Below are positions 28,943 through 38,993 of a DNA stretch of 64,000 nt, in pieces; position 1 is the stretch's first letter, and the number at the start of each line of letters is the position of its first letter. This stretch comes from an uncultured Gammaproteobacteria bacterium. Lineage in GTDB: Bacteria > Patescibacteriota > Microgenomatia > PFEM01 > JAPLYW01. A program made the translations under genes and the position numbers. The stretch covers positions 175,701-239,700 of the forward strand of contig OZ246397.1 in NCBI GenBank assembly GCA_965230945.1, read 5' to 3'. The notes under the pieces were generated by a model. That model was not told where the DNA came from. It was given only the letters and a program-made list of their open reading frames with translations, and did not search any database.

Positions 28943-29953
28943 TCAGTTTAGCATACTTTTTAACTCGGCTTCAACAAAGCCATCAAGATCACCATCCAAA
29001 ATAGCTTCTGGATTAGAACTTTCAAAACCAGTACGTAAATCCTTTACCATTTTATAAGGATGGAGCACATAAGAACGAATTTGAGTTCCCCAGGCGGCCA
29101 TTTTTTTACCACCTTTTAATTTTTGTTCTTCTGCCTTGCTTTCTTTTCCCTTTAAAGCCCAGAGCTTGGCCCTAAGGAGATCCAAGGCAATCTTTCTATT
29201 TTGCTCTTGGTGTCTTTGCGTCTGACAGGTAACGACAATACCTGTTGGTTTATGAATCAAGCGTACGGCAGTAGAAACTTTCTGTACATTTTGGCCTCCT
29301 TGAGAAGAAGCCCTAAAAAATTGCCATTCGAGATCATCATCTTTAATTTCTATTCCAGGTGGTTCTTTAATCTGGGGTAAAACTTCTACCAAGGCAAAGG
29401 ATGTTTGCCTAAGATTATCAGCATTGAAAGGGGACTGGCGTACCAACCTATGAGTGCCTGCCTCAAGTTTTAGATAACCATATACATAAGGAGCATTAAC
29501 AGCTAAAGTAGTACTTTTGATACCTGCCTCATCACCCATTGTTTCGTCAATAATTTGATATTGCCAACCTTTTTTTTCAAAATATTTAATATACATTCTC
29601 TTCAGCATATCAGCCCAATCCATAGCTTCAATCCCTCCCTGCCCAGCATGAATTGAAAAGATAGCCGCTAAATCATCATACTTGCCGGATAAAAAAGTCT
29701 TTAACTCCAACTCCCCTAACATTTTCTCTAATTCCGACTTCTTGTTTTCTCTTAACAACTCATCCAACTCTTCAATCTCTTCTAAATCTTTTTGTAATTC
29801 CCCTAACTTCTTCATCCTTTCTGTAGCTTTTAGATGATCTTGCCAAAAATCAGGCTGACTTGATTCTTTTTCAATCTCCTTTATCTGCTTAACCAAGCTA
29901 TCAGGATTAATTTTCTTTTTAATAGATTCTATTCTTTTTTTTATCTCTTCCAT
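28943..29953 (-). CDS. prfB: peptide chain release factor 2 (encoded in a single frame, no programmed frameshift)
   Basis: SPF tripeptide (RF2-specific) and GGQ ([10 protein letters not shown]). Confidence 0.85.
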   Translation of the reverse strand: MEEIKKRIESIKKKINPDSLVKQIKEIEKESSQPDFWQDHLKATERMKKLGELQKDLEEIEELDELLRENKKSELEKMLGELELKTFLSGKYDDLAAIFSIHAGQGGIEAMDWADMLKRMYIKYFEKKGWQYQIIDETMGDEAGIKSTTLAVNAPYVYGYLKLEAGTHRLVRQSPFNADNLRQTSFALVEVLPQIKEPPGIEIKDDDLEWQFFRASSQGGQNVQKVSTAVRLIHKPTGIVVTCQTQRHQEQNRKIALDLLRAKLWALKGKESKAEEQKLKGGKKMAAWGTQIRSYVLHPYKMVKDLRTGFESSNPEAILDGDLDGFVEAELKSMLN

Positions 29954-30366
29954 TATTCCTCCTCCTTTACCTCTACTTCCAAAACATTCTCACAAAACTC
30001 CCTAAAAATCTGCTTTTTAATACTTTCCGCCTGCTCTTGAGGCAACTCTTTAATAATCTTAATTATCTCTTGTGTCTGGATTTCTATTTTTTCCACCTCT
30101 GTTTCTCCTTCAGTCTCTTTGATAGTTTCTACTTTTATAAACCTCTCTTTTAACCCCTCACTGCCAGGAATAATATCCACTGTCCTACCTAGAACATCCT
30201 GGCTAAACTCACCTACTTTTTCCCCTATCTGTTTAGTTGGTGAAGAAAAGGACTCTCCCTCAGCCTCTCTCTTGGCTTGCCAATCAGCGAAAACCTTAGC
30301 TCCAAAGGCAAGAAAAACCAAAATAGCTAAAATGACTAATATTCTTTTTAATCTTGTTTCTCCCAT
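29953..30366 (-). CDS. membrane-anchored Glu-rich hypothetical protein
   Basis: N-terminal TM followed by an acidic low-complexity region. No homology recognised. Confidence 0.3.
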   Translation of the reverse strand: MGETRLKRILVILAILVFLAFGAKVFADWQAKREAEGESFSSPTKQIGEKVGEFSQDVLGRTVDIIPGSEGLKERFIKVETIKETEGETEVEKIEIQTQEIIKIIKELPQEQAESIKKQIFREFCENVLEVEVKEEE

Positions 30367-30644
30367 ATTTACTTTCTCTAACCACTATTATATAATTTTC
30401 CCATCATGGTGGAAAGAAGGACAGGCAATCACCAAAAAGCTTTTTTCTTCTAAGAAAAATAATACTCTTTATAAGTCAGAAGAATTTAATCGTTCTTGAA
30501 CTTTCTCACTCGTCAATTCTCTTAAAGCGTCGTTAGCAATCCACCTTGCCGTTTTATCATCTTTATAAATTTTTAAAATCTCTTTAGATTCTCTGTCAGT
30601 CATTCTATTTAATAACCGTTGTTTAAATAATTAAATCATTTATT

Positions 30645-33314
30645 CTATCCATATTTCGGATAACAACATTTTTTGTATTTCTTCCCACTTCCACATGGGC
30701 AAGGGTCATTCCGGCCAGGCTTCTCTTTACCTTTTCTTACCTGTGTAGTAGCCTGACTTACCGGTTGTTGTCTTAATCCCATCTGATCTCTGATATCAAT
30801 ATTGGTTCGTATTTGTTGGGGCATTACTGGCGGCCTTTGTGCCACCTGAACCCTAAAGATTCTCCTAACGACTTCATGTTCAATCATCCCCATTAACTTT
30901 TCAAAAGAGCTATAAGCTTCCTTTTTGTATTCCACTAAAGGATCTTGTTGGCCATAACCTCTTAAGCCCACCGCCTGTCTTAAATTCTCCATGGTATCTA
31001 AATGACTTACCCATAATCTGTCAATGGCCTGAAGCCAAACAAACTTTTCCATTTCTCTGGATATTTGAGAACCAACCTGTTTTTCTCTTGTTTCATAAGC
31101 ATTAAGCAAAACTTTATCTAAAAAATCAGTTAATTTATGAACATCTTTAAATTCTTTAATTTTCTTTTTAAATTCTATTTGAGAGTGGCTATCCAAAGGC
31201 AGAATTTCAAAGAAGCTATTGGCTGCATTCTCTGTATTAATTTTATCTGTATTTTCTTCATCAAAAGCATGCATACTGACTAAACTACTGACCGCCTCTT
31301 TGATCTTTTCCTGGGTTTCTGTTTTTAAATTATCCTTACCACTGTCTGTAAATTTCAAAATATTTCCTCTCTTCTTGTAAATAATTTCTCTTTGTTTATT
31401 CATGACATTATCGTATTCCACTACCCTTTTTCGCATATCAAAGTTAAAGCCTTCAACTTTAACCTGCGATTGTCTGATGGCCTTGGTAACTAAGGCATGC
31501 TCAATCGGCTGATCTTCGGGAATGCGCAACATTTCCATCAACTTAGAAACCTGCTCCCCACCAAAAAGCCTCATAATATCATCCTCTAAGGAAACAAAAA
31601 ACCTTGAAGAACCAGGATCACCCTGCCTTCCTGATCGGCCTCGTAGTTGATTATCAATTCTTCTTGATTCATGATGTTCGGTACCAATAACATGCAGTCC
31701 GCCCAGCTTAATAACCTCGTCATGCTCTTTTTGCCACTCTTTTAATTTTCTTCCCTCTTTAGAACCACCCAAGATAATATCAACTCCACGACCAGCCATG
31801 TTGGTAGCCGCAGTAATTGCTTTTCTTCTTCCTGCTTCGGCAATAATTTTAGCTTCTCCTTCGTGATACTTAGCGTTTAAGATATTGTGAGGAACGCCCT
31901 TTCTCTTTAGAAACTTGGCAATAATCTCGTTTTTTTCAATGGAGGTAGTACCAATTAAAACCGGCTGTCCTTTTTGATAATGCTCTTCTATCTCTCTGAC
32001 AATGGCCGCATATTTTGCCCGAGGTGTTTTATAAACCACATCGGCATGATTAACTCTTATCATCGGTAAGTTGGTCGGAACCACTACCGTATCTAAACCA
32101 TAAATTTTACGAAATTCTTCTGCTTCGGTAGCGGCCGTCCCCGTCATACCGGCTAGTTTTTTATACATTCTAAAGTAATTCTGAAAAGAAATGGTCGCCA
32201 GGGTAATTGACTCTTGTTGGATGGTGACTGCTTCTTTAGCCTCAATCGCCTGATGAAGACCATCAGACCACCTTCGTCCCGGCATTAATCTACCGGTAAA
32301 CTCATCAACAATGACCACCTGATTTTCTTTAACCACATAATCTTTATCTTTTAAATACAAAGTTCTTGCCTTAAGGGCATTTTCAATATGATGAAGGGTA
32401 TCAAAGTCTTTCTCGTAGAGATTATCAACCCCCAACCATTTTTCTACCTTTTTTATCCCGTGTTCGGTCAGGTTAGCTGTTTTTAATTTTTCATCAATGG
32501 TGTAATCAGTATCTGCTGAGAGATCTTTAATTAAATTGGCAAAGTCATAATATTTTTCTGTTGGTTCTGTATCTGGAGCAGAAATAATCAAAGGAGTCCT
32601 GGCTTCATCAACCAAAATTGAATCAACCTCATCAACAATGGCAAAGCTATGAGCTTTTTGTACCTGATCCTCTAACCTTCGGGCCATGTTATCTCGTAGA
32701 TAGTCAAAACCAAATTCATTATTCGTTCCGAAGGTCACATCAGCCTCATAGGCCTCTTTCCTCTCCACTGGCCGTAAATGACGTAGTCTTTCATCATCCT
32801 GTCCCTTTTCTTCATATTCCCTATCAAGCAAAAATGACTTTTCATGAATAATACAACCCAAGGATAAACCAGCAAAATCTAAAGCCTCCCCATACCAACC
32901 TGTATCTCGGCGAGCCAAATAATCATTAACAGTAACAATATGAACTCCTTTACCTGAAAGACCATTCAGATAGGCGGCAATAGCCGCGGCCAGTGTTTTA
33001 CCTTCTCCTGTCTTTTGCTCAGCTACCTTTCCCTGATGAAGAACAACAGCCGCCACCAGCTGAACATCATAAGCCCTCTCACCAACAACCCTAAAGATAG
33101 CCTCTCTTGCTAAGGCAAAAGCCTCGGGAAGTAAATCATCTAAAGCTTCTCCTTTAGACAGTCTTTGTTTAAAAGATTCTGTTTTCTTAGGAAAATCTTT
33201 ATCTTTCAATTTCTTCATCTTTGGCTCTAAAGAATTTATCTTTTCTACCAAAGGACGGAGTTTATTTAATTCCTTCTCATTAAAATCCAGTAAACGATTA
33301 AACAATTTAAGCAT
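30645..33314 (-). CDS. secA: preprotein translocase ATPase SecA
   Basis: DEAD-like motor motifs, end-to-end SecA similarity, C-terminal zinc finger CPCGSGKKYKKCC. Confidence 0.95.
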   Translation of the reverse strand: MLKLFNRLLDFNEKELNKLRPLVEKINSLEPKMKKLKDKDFPKKTESFKQRLSKGEALDDLLPEAFALAREAIFRVVGERAYDVQLVAAVVLHQGKVAEQKTGEGKTLAAAIAAYLNGLSGKGVHIVTVNDYLARRDTGWYGEALDFAGLSLGCIIHEKSFLLDREYEEKGQDDERLRHLRPVERKEAYEADVTFGTNNEFGFDYLRDNMARRLEDQVQKAHSFAIVDEVDSILVDEARTPLIISAPDTEPTEKYYDFANLIKDLSADTDYTIDEKLKTANLTEHGIKKVEKWLGVDNLYEKDFDTLHHIENALKARTLYLKDKDYVVKENQVVIVDEFTGRLMPGRRWSDGLHQAIEAKEAVTIQQESITLATISFQNYFRMYKKLAGMTGTAATEAEEFRKIYGLDTVVVPTNLPMIRVNHADVVYKTPRAKYAAIVREIEEHYQKGQPVLIGTTSIEKNEIIAKFLKRKGVPHNILNAKYHEGEAKIIAEAGRRKAITAATNMAGRGVDIILGGSKEGRKLKEWQKEHDEVIKLGGLHVIGTEHHESRRIDNQLRGRSGRQGDPGSSRFFVSLEDDIMRLFGGEQVSKLMEMLRIPEDQPIEHALVTKAIRQSQVKVEGFNFDMRKRVVEYDNVMNKQREIIYKKRGNILKFTDSGKDNLKTETQEKIKEAVSSLVSMHAFDEENTDKINTENAANSFFEILPLDSHSQIEFKKKIKEFKDVHKLTDFLDKVLLNAYETREKQVGSQISREMEKFVWLQAIDRLWVSHLDTMENLRQAVGLRGYGQQDPLVEYKKEAYSSFEKLMGMIEHEVVRRIFRVQVAQRPPVMPQQIRTNIDIRDQMGLRQQPVSQATTQVRKGKEKPGRNDPCPCGSGKKYKKCCYPKYG

Positions 33315-33354
33315 AAGTTAATTTTAACATACTCTTTTTGTTTTTTAGGGAAAT

Positions 33355-34590
33355 TTACTTTTTAGGAGTAATCTTTTTAAAACCGGTGTACTTTTGCAGA
33401 ACCTTAGGCACCAAAACAGAACCATCTTTTTGTTGATAATTTTCTAAAATAGCTAAAATAGGCCTTTCTGAAAAAGCCGTTCCATTTAAAGTATGAACAA
33501 AATCTAGTTCCCCTGATTTTTTCCTATACTTAATGTTCAACCTTCTTGATTGATAGCCAGTACAAGCGCTGGTAGAATGAGTTTCTCTATATTTTTCCTC
33601 TGATGGGAACCAAGCTTCAATATCATATTTTCTTGCTGCCGGATCACCTAGATCACCGCTACACATTTTAACAACCCTATAAGGAATTTCTAATTTCTGC
33701 ATTAATTTCTCTTCTAAAGACAGAAAATATTCATGCTCTTTATCAGAATCTTTTGGATTTACAAAAGAAAACATCTCCACTTTATTAAATTGATGAACAC
33801 GTAAAATTCCTTTGGTATCTTTACCGTAGCTTCCTGCTTCTCTTCTAAAACATGGAGAAAAACCGACATATCTTTTAGGCAAATCTTTTTCATTAAAAAC
33901 TTCACCTTTATGCATCGGACCAATAGATTGTTCTGCAGTTCCTACTAAAACCAATTTATCCTTTTCCAAAACATACATCTCGCCAATACCTTCATTTTCC
34001 AGATAACCCATGGCTCTCATCGAATCTAAAGAAATCATGGCGGGAGGCAATATGGGAATAAAACCCTCTTTTAGCAAAAGTTCAAAGGCATAGTTTATTA
34101 AGGCTAGCTCCAATAAAACTGCTTCGTTTTTAATGTAGCCAAATCTGGCCCCAGAAACTTTAGCGGCTCTTTTTGTATCAATAATATCTAAATCCTCTCC
34201 TAGCTTGAAATAAGATTTTATCTTAAAAGAAAATTTAGGTATCTTTCCCCATTTTTTAATCTCTTTATTTTCTGATTCATCTTTACCCACATGTACATCA
34301 TCGGCAGGAAGATTAGGAATTTGATATAAAAGATCTTTAAATTGTTGCTTGATTGCTTTTAAGTCAGGCTCAAGTCGACGAAGCATCTCTTTGATCTTTT
34401 TACCCTTTTTAATATCTTTTTTGGCAAGCTTGTTTCTTTCCGCTCGCCATTTTTCAATCTCTGCAATTAATTGTCTTCTCGTCTCATCAACTTTTAAAAG
34501 GCGATCAACAATCTCAGGCTTATAGCCCTTATCTTTAACTCCTTTTTTAACTTTATCTTTGTTCTGATAAATAAAATTAATATCTAGCAT
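33355..34590 (-). CDS. serS: seryl-tRNA synthetase
   Basis: N-terminal coiled-coil arm (MLDINFIYQNKDKVKKG...) and class II core motifs. Confidence 0.9.
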   Translation of the reverse strand: MLDINFIYQNKDKVKKGVKDKGYKPEIVDRLLKVDETRRQLIAEIEKWRAERNKLAKKDIKKGKKIKEMLRRLEPDLKAIKQQFKDLLYQIPNLPADDVHVGKDESENKEIKKWGKIPKFSFKIKSYFKLGEDLDIIDTKRAAKVSGARFGYIKNEAVLLELALINYAFELLLKEGFIPILPPAMISLDSMRAMGYLENEGIGEMYVLEKDKLVLVGTAEQSIGPMHKGEVFNEKDLPKRYVGFSPCFRREAGSYGKDTKGILRVHQFNKVEMFSFVNPKDSDKEHEYFLSLEEKLMQKLEIPYRVVKMCSGDLGDPAARKYDIEAWFPSEEKYRETHSTSACTGYQSRRLNIKYRKKSGELDFVHTLNGTAFSERPILAILENYQQKDGSVLVPKVLQKYTGFKKITPKK

Positions 34591-34597
34591 ACTATTA

Positions 34598-35176
34598 TTA
34601 CAACTCTAGTTTATCACTAATTTTTTGCATAGCCTTTAAAGCAATCTCAACAAAATCTTTTAAAAGAATATCTAATTTTTCCCCACATAAGGCAATATCC
34701 TCTCTTCTTGTTCCTTTAGCAAAAGATTTATCTTTAAATTTCTTTAAGACTGATTCTATATTTAAAGAAGACAATTTTCTATCTGGATGAACTAAAGTGC
34801 AAGCGACAATCAAACCGGTCAAGCTATCACCACAAAAAATAGCCCAATCTATTTTAGATCCAGGCTTTACTCCTGTTCGAAGATTATGAGAAGCCATCGC
34901 CTGAGCTACATCTTTAGGAACATCAATTCCCTCTTCTTTTAACCATCTAGTTACTTCAATCCCTTGGTTTTCCTCAGGAACTTGTTCGCAATAATCCCCA
35001 TCATGCAAAAGACCAGCCATAGCCCACTCTTCTTTAATACCTAAATCAGTATCACCTCTATCTTTTAAAAATTCATAAAGGTCAGACATTAAGGCTTCTG
35101 TGGCCAACATATGCTTGATAATGTTTTTGTTTTTTACTTTTTTATTTAAAAAGTCTAATGCTTCTCCTCTATTCAT
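34598..35176 (-). CDS. HD-domain phosphohydrolase
   Basis: H...HD motif (LLHDGDY) and a further His/Asp. 192 aa. Confidence 0.55.
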   Translation of the reverse strand: MNRGEALDFLNKKVKNKNIIKHMLATEALMSDLYEFLKDRGDTDLGIKEEWAMAGLLHDGDYCEQVPEENQGIEVTRWLKEEGIDVPKDVAQAMASHNLRTGVKPGSKIDWAIFCGDSLTGLIVACTLVHPDRKLSSLNIESVLKKFKDKSFAKGTRREDIALCGEKLDILLKDFVEIALKAMQKISDKLEL

Positions 35177-35180
35177 TTTT

Positions 35181-36746
35181 TTATTTTAACACTTCTTTTA
35201 ATCTTTTAATAACAAAATCTTTATCTTGAGCTAACAGCAACCAGGCTGCTTTTGGCCCAAAAGTTTTATCAATAAAAACACTATAAATCGACTCAAAAGC
35301 TTCTGAAGAAGAAATTTTTTGCTTTTTTGCCTCTTCATAAAGTTCAAATTGTAAATCTTTCGGTTGCCAATTTTTCGTTTTAACTAATTGGAGCACTCTT
35401 TCTAAATATTTTTTTTGCTCTAAGTTTAGTTTTTTGGCTGCCTTTGGAACTTTCTTACTTATTTGATAGATTACTTCTTTAGGAGCATAACTTTCAAGCC
35501 AAGCTTTGGCATATTTTATCCTCTCTTTAAGAATTTTTTCCTCTTTAAGATTTAATTTACTCCCTTTTTCTTGTTCAAATTGAACTTTGACATTAATATT
35601 CGGCATTTGAATAAAGGTTGCTACTGAACGGAAGCGAGGTAAAAAGATTTGTTTTTTAAAATCTTTATTAACCTGCGATAATTCGAAAATACGACCCAAG
35701 TCATTTTCCCCACCATGCTGCCAAAATTCTTTGGCACAACGATCATGCTCATCAAAAAGATCAGCGATGGTATAACCTCTTGGATCAAAATTAATGGCTT
35801 TTTTGTAATGAGTTCTGGCCATTAAGAATCGCAAAAGTTCTGGGGGAATAACCTTAGCTACCCCAGAAGCAGAAGAACCCAAACCCTTAGAGGAACTCAT
35901 TTTCTTACCGCCAATCAAAAAGAATTCATAACCAAAGCCTAGCGGAGGTTTAATTTTAAAGATTTGTTGAGAGAAAGCAACGGCCATATCCCTGGATCCC
36001 CCAGCAGAGAAATGATCTTTTCCAGCTGTTTCAACTGTCACACCGATGGCCTTCCAATGAGCCGGCCAATCAACTTTCCATAAAAGTTTTCCGTTACCAC
36101 CAAATGGAGAAATCCTTCCTTTATACCCACAACCCTTTGCCCAAGAGACAAGATTGGGCAAACATTCAAAAGCAACTGTCTTTTTATCCCAGTCAAAGGC
36201 TTCAGTCGTCCCTACTTTACCACACTTAGGACAAACAACCTGAAAAGGAAGCCAACCTTTTCTCTTTTTGGGATAGCCAGCTATTTCTTGATAAATCTTT
36301 AAGACTTTAGGAGATTGATCAAGGGCTTCTTTTATAACAGAGTCCATCTTGCCACTTTTATACAATTCAGAAGACCAGATAATTAGGGGCTCTGCCCCTA
36401 AAGAATTAAAGACTTCGATAAATTCTTGAGCAAAATAGCGAGCAAAATTAGAAGAACCCTTAACTGGAGAAGGAATCATAAAAAGAGGTTTGCCAATATG
36501 AGGAAAGAACTTTTTTTCGGGTAAATAAACAGGCAAAGCATCCATGGGGTCGAAGTCATTAATGACATAAGAATAGGTTGTCTTTACCCCAATATCTTTA
36601 AGAGCCTGATAAATTAAATCATGAATAATGACCCCCCGTAAGGCGCCAACATGAATATGCCCCGAGGGTGTCTTCATATCATCCACCCATTCAAGAGGAA
36701 GTTTTCTCTCTTTTATTTTTTTAGCAACACTATCTGCCCAATACAT
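35181..36746 (-). CDS. lysK: lysyl-tRNA synthetase, class I (archaeal/spirochaete type)
   Basis: PSGHIHVGALRGV (HIGH-type) and KMSSSKG (KMSKS) motifs with a class I LysRS architecture. Not the class II enzyme. Confidence 0.7.
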   Translation of the reverse strand: MYWADSVAKKIKERKLPLEWVDDMKTPSGHIHVGALRGVIIHDLIYQALKDIGVKTTYSYVINDFDPMDALPVYLPEKKFFPHIGKPLFMIPSPVKGSSNFARYFAQEFIEVFNSLGAEPLIIWSSELYKSGKMDSVIKEALDQSPKVLKIYQEIAGYPKKRKGWLPFQVVCPKCGKVGTTEAFDWDKKTVAFECLPNLVSWAKGCGYKGRISPFGGNGKLLWKVDWPAHWKAIGVTVETAGKDHFSAGGSRDMAVAFSQQIFKIKPPLGFGYEFFLIGGKKMSSSKGLGSSASGVAKVIPPELLRFLMARTHYKKAINFDPRGYTIADLFDEHDRCAKEFWQHGGENDLGRIFELSQVNKDFKKQIFLPRFRSVATFIQMPNINVKVQFEQEKGSKLNLKEEKILKERIKYAKAWLESYAPKEVIYQISKKVPKAAKKLNLEQKKYLERVLQLVKTKNWQPKDLQFELYEEAKKQKISSSEAFESIYSVFIDKTFGPKAAWLLLAQDKDFVIKRLKEVLK

Positions 36747-36797
36747 ACAAATCCCTAGTAAAGTATAACATAAATACAGCTAAATCCTTGAGAAGAA

Positions 36798-37268
36798 CTA
36801 ATCAATTTTAGCGATAGTATAGATAATTTTTCCTGCAGGAGCTTCTACCTCTACCCTATCACCAAGGGCCTTACCTAAAAGAGACTGACCTAAAGGAGAT
36901 TGGTGAGAAATCTTAGCATTGGCTGGATCAGCCTCCCATTCACCCACTAAATGAAAGATTCGTCTTTTACCATCAACCCCAACAGTTACCTTGCAACCCA
37001 ATTTAATTTCTTTACAATTAACATGACCTTCATTAATAATAAAAGCCCTACTAACAACATCCTGTAACTCAGCAATTCGACCATCAATATAAGAAAGCTC
37101 TTGTTTGGCTTGAGTATATTCATTCTCTTCTACCAAATCACCAACCTTACGAGAAGCAACTAATCTTTCTACTGCCTTAGGCCGTTTTACTTCTATTAAT
37201 TCTTTCAGTTCTTTCTTTAGTTCCGCCAATCCTGTTTTAGTCAGAGGAACTTTATTTTCTTCTGCCAT
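36798..37268 (-). CDS. greA: transcription elongation factor GreA
   Basis: N-terminal coiled coil (LTKTGLAELKKELKELIEV...) with acidic tip residues and a C-terminal FKBP-like domain. Confidence 0.85.
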   Translation of the reverse strand: MAEENKVPLTKTGLAELKKELKELIEVKRPKAVERLVASRKVGDLVEENEYTQAKQELSYIDGRIAELQDVVSRAFIINEGHVNCKEIKLGCKVTVGVDGKRRIFHLVGEWEADPANAKISHQSPLGQSLLGKALGDRVEVEAPAGKIIYTIAKID

Positions 37269-37361
37269 AAATCAGTCCTAGAAAGAAAATGTTACCCCTT
37301 TAAAAAACAGCTGTCAAGTCATAGAAAAAGGAAGACAAAAAAGGTATAATTAGAATATTAA

Positions 37362-37434
37362 GGCCCCATCGTCTAGAGGCTTAGGACACTAGGTTCTCAT
37401 CCTAGAAACTCCGGTTCAAATCCGGATGGGGTCA
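37362..37434 (+). tRNA. tRNA-Glu (anticodon CUC)
   Basis: Hand-folded cloverleaf. Acceptor GGCCCCA/TGGGGTC, D stem GTCT/GGAC, anticodon stem CTAGG/CCTAG with loop TTCTCAT, T arm TCCGG-TTCAAAT-CCGGA, discriminator A. CCA is not encoded. A TATAAT lies 12 nt upstream. Confidence 0.8.
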
Positions 37435-37448
37435 CAGATCCAAAAAAA

Positions 37449-38075
37449 TCAAACCTCTTTTTCGAGAAGTATCTCAAATTCTTTATAAAACTTAAAAGTT
37501 GTCTCTTTAATTTTTGAATTACTATTCAACTTATTTATCAAAAAACGTAATTCTTCTAAAGAATCCTTAAATCCTTTCAGCTTAGAGAGAAACTCAATTG
37601 TATTCTCCACTTTAGGCTCTTTATTGAAATAGATCCTTAATAAACCGTGCCATTTTTCAATTCCAGCACGACTAACTCTAAAAGAAAACTCTTCTTTAGA
37701 GAAATCACTAAAGTAATCTCTAATCTCATCCCAGTTTTTTACTTTTGAATACAACAGTTTATCCTCAATTAATTTAACTGCCTCAACTATATATCTAGAG
37801 GCTGGAAGAAAAGAATAAATGTTTTGCTTATAAATAAATCTTTCCCTAATCTTATCGACTAAAGAGTGTAATTTAAAGCCTGCAAAAAATGAATTTTCTT
37901 TCTTAACTTCAGAAAGAGTAACACCTCCAAAATGAGTCTCACTTCTTCTAATTTCTCCTAAATATCTTATATCGGGAAAGAGTGTTCCTCTGTAAAAATC
38001 TGCCTTATCTTTATCTGAAAAATATTTATTAAAAACTTTATCAGCTAGGACTATGTGAGTAATTGGTCTGGCCAT
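37449..38075 (-). CDS. hypothetical protein (possible metal-dependent hydrolase)
   Basis: 208 aa. N-terminal ITHIVLADKVF...FPDIRYLGE resembles zinc-dependent phospholipase-C-like proteins. Weak. Confidence 0.3.
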   Translation of the reverse strand: MARPITHIVLADKVFNKYFSDKDKADFYRGTLFPDIRYLGEIRRSETHFGGVTLSEVKKENSFFAGFKLHSLVDKIRERFIYKQNIYSFLPASRYIVEAVKLIEDKLLYSKVKNWDEIRDYFSDFSKEEFSFRVSRAGIEKWHGLLRIYFNKEPKVENTIEFLSKLKGFKDSLEELRFLINKLNSNSKIKETTFKFYKEFEILLEKEV

Positions 38076-38110
38076 ATTTATATTTTATCAAGAAAATTAT
38101 AAATAAAATT

Positions 38111-38443
38111 TTAGAAGATAGCCAAGGAAATTACCAGAAGAAGAACGAAAAGTACAAGCCAACCAGTAGTATAACCAACAATCCTCAAGGCGTTTATTGT
38201 TTCTTTTTTCTGCCAGAATAAATAAATTGGATAACCTAAGGCAATTAAAGCACAGACTAAAGCCGAAGTGGTAAGTAAGACTAATAACAGAGTTGGTCCC
38301 CAAAAGGAAGTCATTTTCCCAAACCAATGTTCACCTTGCCAAAATAATAAAGCTACAATTCCACAATAAACAGCTAAACCTACAGCCTGAAGAAAAGAGA
38401 TAAGACACAAAGATTTTTTCTTTTTAGAGCGAAATAACATCAT
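38111..38443 (-). CDS. small membrane protein (3 TM)
   Basis: 110-aa hydrophobic ORF. The alternative overlapping frame 38097..38327 is judged less likely. Confidence 0.3.
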   Translation of the reverse strand: MMLFRSKKKKSLCLISFLQAVGLAVYCGIVALLFWQGEHWFGKMTSFWGPTLLLVLLTTSALVCALIALGYPIYLFWQKKETINALRIVGYTTGWLVLFVLLLVISLAIF

Positions 38444-38475
38444 AAGAAGATTATAACAGAAGGTAAAATTTTTTT

Positions 38476-38976
38476 CTAACGAAGCCTAGGTTTTATCATT
38501 GATTCTATTAATCTATCCCCTTTTTCAAAAATAAAATCACCCCTGATTTTTTGACCCATTAAGACAATCGGCAACCAATGCCTATCATCAGGCCACATAG
38601 AATCAAAAGGTATTTGATCCTTCTTAAACCATTTAGGTTTCATTTCTTTCGTTTCAATTGGTTCACCATTCCATTTTTCTGCAAGAAAAACATGAACCTG
38701 CTGGTTAGAATCTGGATTATAAGGATAGAGGAAATTTAAAATGGCTACCTTATAATAAGAAGTAGGAATAACTTTAATTTCTTCTTGAGTTTCCCGAACA
38801 AGAGCTTTTTCAATCTTTTCTCTCTGTTTTGGCTTACCGCCAACGCCATTCCATTTTCTTTTACCAAAACCACGCTTTTTCTTAGCCAACAAGATTTCAT
38901 TTTCCTTTATTAGAAAACATAAGGTAGCTTTTTTAAGAGGTTTACTTAAAGATTCTTTATACTCTTCAACTCTCAT
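38476..38976 (-). CDS. NUDIX hydrolase
   Basis: Nudix box GVGGKPKQREKIEKALVRETQEEIKV (GX5EX7REUXEEXGU). Confidence 0.7.
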   Translation of the reverse strand: MRVEEYKESLSKPLKKATLCFLIKENEILLAKKKRGFGKRKWNGVGGKPKQREKIEKALVRETQEEIKVIPTSYYKVAILNFLYPYNPDSNQQVHVFLAEKWNGEPIETKEMKPKWFKKDQIPFDSMWPDDRHWLPIVLMGQKIRGDFIFEKGDRLIESMIKPRLR

Positions 38977-38993
38977 TATAAAGAGAAAGCAGA

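Noticed and set aside
30119-30499. ORF-track CDS 30119..30499 (+)
   Set aside because: Largely antisense to the 29953..30366 gene. Low-complexity translation. No start context.
38097-38327. Alternative frame ORF overlapping the 38111..38443 membrane protein
   Set aside because: Two overlapping frames. The longer, more hydrophobic-periodic one was kept. Confidence low for both.
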